Source: the human T2T-CHM13v2.0 reference genome, Homo sapiens
Assembly: GCF_009914755.1 (NCBI RefSeq)
Contig: NC_060945.1
Reading direction: 5' to 3' (one strand)
Length of the DNA stretch: 64,000 nt
Made by a program: the position numbers and the translations under genes. The first letter of the stretch is position 1; each line of letters starts with the position of its first letter. This document shows, piece after piece, positions 56,399 through 64,000 of the stretch. The notes beneath the pieces were generated by a model. It did no database searches, had not been told where the DNA came from, and saw nothing but the letters and a program-made list of their open reading frames with translations.

Positions 56399-59300
56399 AA
56401 GATGTATACAAAAAGTAGATATAAAAGGGAATAACTAAGAATACTAAACCAAAAAGTGGCATAGAAAGAGGGCAAAGATAAAAAGGAACAGATGGAACAA
56501 ATAGAATACAATTAGCAAAGTGATATTTTGCTAATATTAAATTAAATGCAAATTAATTTATTAAATTAAATTAAATGCAAATCATCTAAACACCAAAACC
56601 AAAAAACAGAGATTTTTAATTGGATTAAATAATTCAGGACCCAACTATATTCTATCTACCAGAAGACTCACATTAAATATAAAAAACATAGATAGGTTAA
56701 AAGTAAACAGATGGAAAAATACACCACACAAACATTAATCAAGTAAAATTGGAATGGCTATATTAATATCAAAGTCAACTTCACAAAAGAAATATTACCA
56801 AGGATAAAAAGGAATATTACATAATGATAAAGCATCAATTCACCATGGACACGTAACAATTCTAAATGTGTAAGCACCAAACAGCCAACTTTCCAAACAC
56901 ATGCAACAAAAAAACTGAGAAGGGAAAGGAAAAACAGATAAATCAGATTTGTCATTGGACTTCAGCTTCAAGAGAACAAGTAGACAGAAAATCAGGAAGG
57001 ATACAGAAGGCCTGGACAACACTGTCAATCAACTTGACCTAATGGATATTGACAGAACACTCCACCCAACAATAACAGATACACATTCTTTTCAAGCACA
57101 TGAAACATTCACCAAAAAGACTATATTGTGCCATAAAATAAACTTCAACCCATGTAAAAAAGTTGAACTAATACAATGTATGTTCTCTGACCACAAAGAA
57201 ATTCAATTAGACATTAACACCAAAAGGATAGCGAGAAACACCCTGCAGAACTGTAAAGTAACCGACACACTTCTAAATAACCCATGGTTCAAAGAAGAAT
57301 CACAAGAGAATTTAGAAAATATTTTGAATTAAATACAAATTAAAAGACAACATGTCAAAATATATGGAACATGGCTAAAATAGTGTTTAGAGGGATAAAA
57401 TTATATCATTAAGTGCTTATATTCACAAAGAAGAAAGTCCTGAAATCAATTATCTAAGTTTGCACTTTAAAGAAAAAAAGAAAATTAAACTCAAAATTAG
57501 CAAAAGAAATGAAATAATTAAAAATCTGAAAAAAAAAAATGAAGTAGAAAATGGAAAAGAATTCAATGAAAGCAAAAGCTGCTTCTTTGAAAAGAACAAT
57601 GAAATGAATAAGCATCTAGCCAGACTGAGCGGTAAAATTATAATAAAAAGAAAAAAAAAGACACAAAATAGCAATATTAGGAGTGAAGAAGAGACATCAT
57701 TACAAATCTTACAATTATTAAAAACATGATACAGGAATGATGTAAACAACTTCATACCATTAAATTTGATAACATACATAAAACTGGCACATTTTTAAAA
57801 GACAAAAGTATGAAAGCTTATTCCAGAGAAGTAGGTAGCCTGAATAGTATCATATCTATTAAAGAAGTTGAATTTTCAGTTAAAATCTTTCAACAAATAA
57901 AACTAGGGGCAAATGGCCTCCCTGGAAAATTCTACCAAACATTTAAAGAGGAAATATAACCAATTCTACATGAACTCTTCCAGAAAATAGAAGGAAAGGA
58001 ATCATTCCCGATTAAATTCATAGAGCCAGCATAATCTTGATATCAAATTTGAACAAAAGTATTATAGTACATAGTATATAGAAAACTATATACTATTAAT
58101 AATATCTCTTATGAATATAGATGCAAAATTCTCAACCAAATACTAGCAAATTAAATCCAGAAATATGTAAAAGAGATAAAAGGTCGTGATCATGTGAGAT
58201 TTATCCCAAGAATGCAAGGTTGGTTCAGTGTTAAAAAATCAACTTATAATTCACCATATCAACAGACTAAAGAGGAAGCACCATATTATTATCTCAATAG
58301 ATTCAGAAAAGGCTTTTGACAAAATTCAACATCCATTCAGAATAAAAACTGCTAGCAAACTAGAAATTAAAAGGAACTTCTTTTAAAGAGCATCTATGAA
58401 AAACCTATAGCTAATATCATACTTAATGATGAAAGACTATATGCTTTCCCCTTAAAATCAACAACAAAGCAAGAACATTCACTTTTGCCTCTGCTATTTA
58501 TTACCATACTGGACTTCCTAAACAGTGAAGTAAAAAGCATGCAGCCTGGAAAGAAAGAAATAACACAGTCTCTATTAACATATTACATTATTGTCTACCT
58601 AGAAAATCCCCAAAATTCTACAATAAAGCTACAAGAACTAGTAAGTGAATTTAACAAGGTCAAAGAAAAAATGCCAATATACAAAAATCGATTTTATTTT
58701 AATATACTAGCAATGAACAATCAGAAATTGAAACTTAAAAATAGTACCATAATAGCATTAAACTTATAAAATACTTAGGGATAAATTCTGGGGGAAATAT
58801 ATAAAATGTATACATTGAAAACTACAAAATATTGATGAGAAGAATCAGAGAAAACCTAAATAAATAGACCATGTTATGGATTGCTGGATATGTCGACTCT
58901 CCCCAAATTGATCTATATAGTTTCAATACACTCCCAATCAAAATCTCAGCACAAATTCTGTAGATATTGATAAGCTTATTCAAATATCTATATGGAAAGA
59001 CAAAGAAACTAGAGTAGCCTAAACAACTTCTTAAAAGAAGAACAAAATTGGAGAACTCACACTAGCTGATTTCAAGACCTACTATAAAGCTGCATTTATC
59101 AGGGCAGGATGGTGTTGGCAAAAAGATACTTAGCATATGACCCAGCTATTCCACTCCTAGACATTTACCCAAGAGAGAGAAACAAATACGTCCATGCAAA
59201 AACCTGGACTTGCTAACACATGCCCCATGTGGAGCACTAGCATCACAGAACTTGGGCTCCAAGTGGCCCTGAGGGCCACAGCTCCAGAGGGCGGGGGCTG

Positions 59301-60623
59301 AGCCAGGCCTCATCCATGCTTCTCTGTGCACAGGGCAGGTAGGTTCTCTAGAAGCATTTTTTGGTTACCAACCCTCCCTCCTCTCATGCTCTGATTTCCA
59401 GTTTGACCTCTAACTCCCAGCCTGGGGGACCAGAGTGCTTACGTGTGTGCATAAGTGTGTGCACGTTGTATAGTGCACACATTGGGTGTGTTCATGGATT
59501 CGAATGTGTTCGGCTGCAAGCATTTATATGTCTGGGTTGATTGGTTCCATTTCTCACTCAGTTTTATCCAAAGCCTCCCAGTTTAAACTACACAATAGGT
59601 CCCTGACCACCTTGCCTAAAAGATGATGAAACCAGTTTTTTAACCCTAAACTCAACACTTGCCTCCAAGGCAAATAAAAATCTTGGAATCGAAGGCAGCC
59701 AGTAGTGAGAACGTTCTTCAGGGGACAGTTCTGGGCTATGCTATCTGGAATAGCAGACTCCTGGGGCAAGAGGGCTGGCCCATCTACTGGGGAACGTTTA
59801 ACCTGAGACAGTCACAGCAGAGCCCCCCAGGAGGGGAATACAGCCCAGACAGGGGAAATGCAGAAGAATGCTACCAGCACAACGCAGACTGGGAAAAGCA
59901 AGTTCCAGATTACATTCTGAATAATTCCCTTTTCATATCACCAGAAATTACTAAATTAGAAAACACCCATTTCAGGAATACATAGAGATATGACTCAACT
60001 CTATTTTTTCTAGAAAGTAACAGAATAAGGAGCACACAATCCCAACAGTGGCTGCCCCAAGAAGTTCTTGGTAAATTATTGATGATGTTCTCATTTCTAT
60101 GTCAGGCAGTGGGTTCATGGGGGTTTATTATATTAGGATCCTCAGTAATTGATCATCAGTCAATCAATAAAAACCAAGCCTTTGTGGACCAGTGATGGGA
60201 GTGTGTGCTGCAGAACTAATCCAGTTCTGTAAACCTGAGATCCTCCGCGACCTGGGAAACAGGACGTCCACCAACCACATCAGAAAACCCAATCGTCAAT
60301 GCTCTGAGGCTTTGGCCATCAATGCAGGGCTTGTTGGCCTGGAGCAGGAGTGGACAGCCAGTGGGGAAGCGAGACCACTCTACCACAGGCGGGTAAGTCA
60401 CTTCTGTGGCCACTGCACCTGGGCCCCAGGAGCCCTGGGAGAGACCACATGGGCATCTGCAGCTGTGCCCTCCACCCAGGACACCACCTTCTGATGAGCA
60501 CTGGGTGAAGGATCACTGAAGAGGGTTTAGCAGCAAATTCTATGTAATCAGCAGAATAGATAGCAGGGAGTATGGAAATAAAAAAGAAAGACCAGAAATG
60601 CAGAGCTGCATGGGGAAAGCTGG

Positions 60624-60629
60624 TTTATT
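60624..60629 (-). terminator. Polyadenylation signal of KRTAP12-2
   Basis: tttatt on + strand = AATAAA on - strand, about 235 bp after the stop. Confidence 0.8.
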
Positions 60630-60863
60630 TGGCTCTCATGGGGTCAGAGAATGACTCTGGGACCCCAGACTTCCCTGGGGGGATGGGCAAGGTCAGCAAG
60701 GGCTCCAGATCATTCTGTCACATTCTCAATCCAGAATTCAGAGGGTTCAACTGAGCATGCTTTTCACCTGCACCATGTGCAGAAGACCAACTGAGGACTC
60801 ATCCAGGGAGTGTACAGGTGTGGCCTCATCTGCACTGGGAGCAGCGGGTCTGGAGATTCATGC

Positions 60864-61304
60864 TCAGCAGCAGGAAGGGATACTGTAGGAGATGGGTCTG
60901 CAGAGGACGCTGGTGCAGGAGGGCTGGCAGCACCCAGAGGACTGGCAGGACGGAGCCGCATACACGACAGGCCTGCAGCTCACAGGCACGCACAGGGAGG
61001 ACTGGCAGGAGGGGGCTGCACACACAATGGGCCTGCAGCTCACAGGCACACACACAGAAGACTGGCAGCTCACGGGCACGCACACAGCTGACTTGAAGCT
61101 CATGGGCACACACACAGAAGACTGGCAGCTCACGGGCAGGCACACGGCTGGCTTGAAGCTCACGGGCACACACACGGAGGACTGGCAGCCCACAGGCACA
61201 CAGCAGGATGCCTGGCAGCGGCTGGGCACACAACAGGCTGGCTGGCAGGGGCTGGGCATGCAGCAGGCTGGCTGGCAGCCCGAGGAGCAGCTGGTATGAC
61301 ACAT
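60864..61304 (-). CDS. KRTAP12-2: Keratin-associated protein 12-2 (146 aa)
   Basis: Kozak gccaccATG on the - strand; [15 protein letters not shown] with VPVSCQSSVC decapeptide repeats; length and gene order match recall. Confidence 0.92.
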   Translation of the reverse strand: MCHTSCSSGCQPACCMPSPCQPACCVPSRCQASCCVPVGCQSSVCVPVSFKPAVCLPVSCQSSVCVPMSFKSAVCVPVSCQSSVCVPVSCRPIVCAAPSCQSSLCVPVSCRPVVYAAPSCQSSGCCQPSCTSVLCRPISYSIPSCC

Positions 61305-61373
61305 GGTGGCGTGTGGCTGGATAAGGTCGAGGCAGAGGGCAGTGATGTCTGGGGACGGCCTCCCTGGGTAGCC

Positions 61374-61379
61374 TTTATA
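61374..61379 (-). promoter_or_regulatory. TATA box of KRTAP12-2
   Basis: tttata on the + strand; context ccaggTATAAAg is shared with KRTAP12-3. Confidence 0.85.
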
Positions 61380-62204
61380 CCTGGACCCAGGCATCCCCAC
61401 AACACAGAAGCACACCTGTCTTCCTTGTTTTTCTTCCTCAGTGCTGTCTCCTGGAGCTTAATTTTCTGTTGTAGGTGTCTCTGGGTTTTGTTTGGCCCTT
61501 AGCTTCATGACTAATTGCACCTTCTTCGAACTCTTGGTATGCTTGGAAACCTGCCAGAGTGTTTTACTGGCTTCATCTAGATTCTTCCTTGTTCTTTAAA
61601 ATTTTACCTGAGTTACTTTTGTGAGATTCCAAAAACTCAGATCTCCAGATTTTTTTCCTCTCTGCGTGATGATGGTCCTTAAACCACAGAAGTTTACACT
61701 CCTCTCATGGCTCAGGAAGGCTCCATAGTCAATGTGAGGTAGAACAGGACGTGTCTAGCTGATCTGTGGGTGTCCTGAGAGCTTAGAGCTGGATGAGAGC
61801 TAGCAGATGGAGGAAGAACATGGAAATCACTTGTCCATAGGATGAGTGGGGACAAAGGGTGTGGGTCACAGAGAACTTCTTGTGAGTGGTGACCATGGAT
61901 CTTTGTCTTGAGAAATCCTCCTAGTTAAGAACCAAGATGAGACAACACCACTGGCCCTCATGCATGGAGACACAGCTCTAAGGAAATCAAGCTGGTCCAA
62001 GCATGTTCCCAGGGAAGCATGTGAGGCCAGTGAAGGGTCCCATGGACAGCCACAGCAGGATATGTGTGAGCTGAATATAGAAGGTTCCAAGGGCCAGAAT
62101 GACTTCTGGGTATGTTCAGCAGAAAGCCATGTGCACCCTGTACTGCAGGGACAGTAGAATCTCTGAGCCTACAGATGTCAACACCAGATCACTTGGAACT
62201 TGGC

Positions 62205-63310
62205 ATCATGATAACAGAATGAAGGAAAAAACCACGTGATCATCTCAATTGATATAGAAAAGGCATTTCACAAAATTCAAGATTCTTTCATGATGACAAC
62301 AATCAACAAACCAAGAATAGAAGAAAACTACCTCAACACAATACAAGCCATACATGAAAGACCCACAGCAAGCCTCATACCCACTGGTGAAAAACTGAAG
62401 GCTTTTTCTCTAATATTGGGAACAAAGCCAGCATAGTACTAGAAGTTTTACTAAGAGCAACTAGGCAATTGTTTTTAAAAGGAAGAAAGAAAGAAACAAA
62501 AAGCATCCAAATTGAAAAGCAAGAAGTAAAGTTAGCTGTGTTCACAGATGACATGATTTTTATATGTAGAAAACTCTAAATATTCCACACACAAAAATTT
62601 TAGAATAAATGAATTCAGCAAAGTAGCAGGATACAAAAGCAAAACACAAAAATCAGTTCTATTTCCATAAACTAACAAGCATAATCTCAAAAGGAAAGTA
62701 CAATAACAATTCCATTTACAATACATTAAAAAGAACAAAATACTCAGGAGTTAACCAAAGAATTAAAATAATTGTGTAACAAAAACTACAAAACGTTGAA
62801 AGAAATTAAAGGCAACAGAAATAAATGGAAACACATCCCATGTTCATGAATTGGAAATTAATATTGTTAACATGTCCATACTAACCAAAGCAATCTACAG
62901 ATTCAATGCAATCCCTGTCAAAATCCCAAGGACATTTCTTGCAGAAATAGAAAAACCCATCCTAAAGTTTATGTGGAGTCTCAAGGGACCCTAAATAGCC
63001 AAATCAATCTTAAGAAAAGAATAGAGCTGGAGGAGTCACACTTTCTGATTTCAAAACTTACTACAAAGCTACACTAATCAAAACTGTGGTACTGGCATAA
63101 AGACCAATATATAGACTAATGGAATAGCATAGAGAGCCCAGAAATAAACTCTCACAACTACAGTCAAATAATTTTCGGCAAGGCTGTCAAGACCTTTCAG
63201 TGAGGGAAGAACAGACTTTTTAACAAATGGCAGTGGGAAAACAGGATATCCACACACAAAAGATTATTTTTAACCCTTACCTCACACCATATACAAAATT
63301 AACTCAAGAT
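62205..63310 (+). mobile_element. L1 ORF2 (RT region) fragment
   Basis: ORF 62236-62436 (IISIDIEKAFHKIQ) and 'ttcacagatgacatgat', equivalent to the FADD motif. Confidence 0.88.
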
Positions 63311-63570
63311 CAAAGATAGAGAATCTCAGTAGGGAAATTGAAACTATTTTTTAAATGGGAATGCTAGAACTAAAATGTACAATAGCTGATATTTTAAAAT
63401 CCACATGATAGACGTAAATATAGAATGAGATTGAAGAAGAGTTCATGAACTTGAAGCACTTCAATAGAAATTATCCAAAATGAAGGAGAGGAAGAAAAAG
63501 AATTAAGAAAAATGAAAAGAGCCTGTGAGACATCATTAAACAGCATCACATATATGTAATATCAAACTCA

Positions 63571-63860
<290 letters not shown>

Positions 63861-64000
63861 AAAGCACTGGGCATTCTCCCCTAAAACACAAAGCTACAAA
63901 CACAGAGCCTCCTCCACCCCTCAGCATCAAGGGGGCAAGGGTGAGGGGTTGGAGGGCTGTACTTTCAGTTAAAGAGAGGCTAGCTGTGTGCCTGCAGTAT

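Overview
Primate, almost certainly human, genomic DNA matching the chr21q22.3 keratin-associated protein cluster, which is known to lie within an intron of TSPEAR. It contains seven intact single-exon high/ultra-high-sulfur KAP genes in order: KRTAP10-8 (+), KRTAP10-9 (+), KRTAP10-10 (+), KRTAP10-11 (+), KRTAP12-4 (-), KRTAP12-3 (+) and KRTAP12-2 (-). They sit among L1, Alu, MaLR/ERV LTR and DNA-transposon remnants. Gene symbols come from recalled protein sequences, lengths and gene order; repeat subfamily calls and boundaries were made by eye and are approximate. Main non-obvious observations: (1) a KRTAP10 paralog at ~11.4-12.2 kb lost its body by a microhomology-flanked deletion, leaving an open 135-codon chimeric ORF with a Kozak ATG and a downstream AATAAA; (2) this remnant and KRTAP10-9 are sister copies of one gene+L1 duplication unit; (3) an orphan copy of the KRTAP12-3 promoter with an intact TATA points into an L1; (4) a GGAA-core motif sits 44-53 bp upstream of the TATA position in all nine KAP-type promoters; (5) KRTAP10-8 stops early, with the ancestral tail still in frame.
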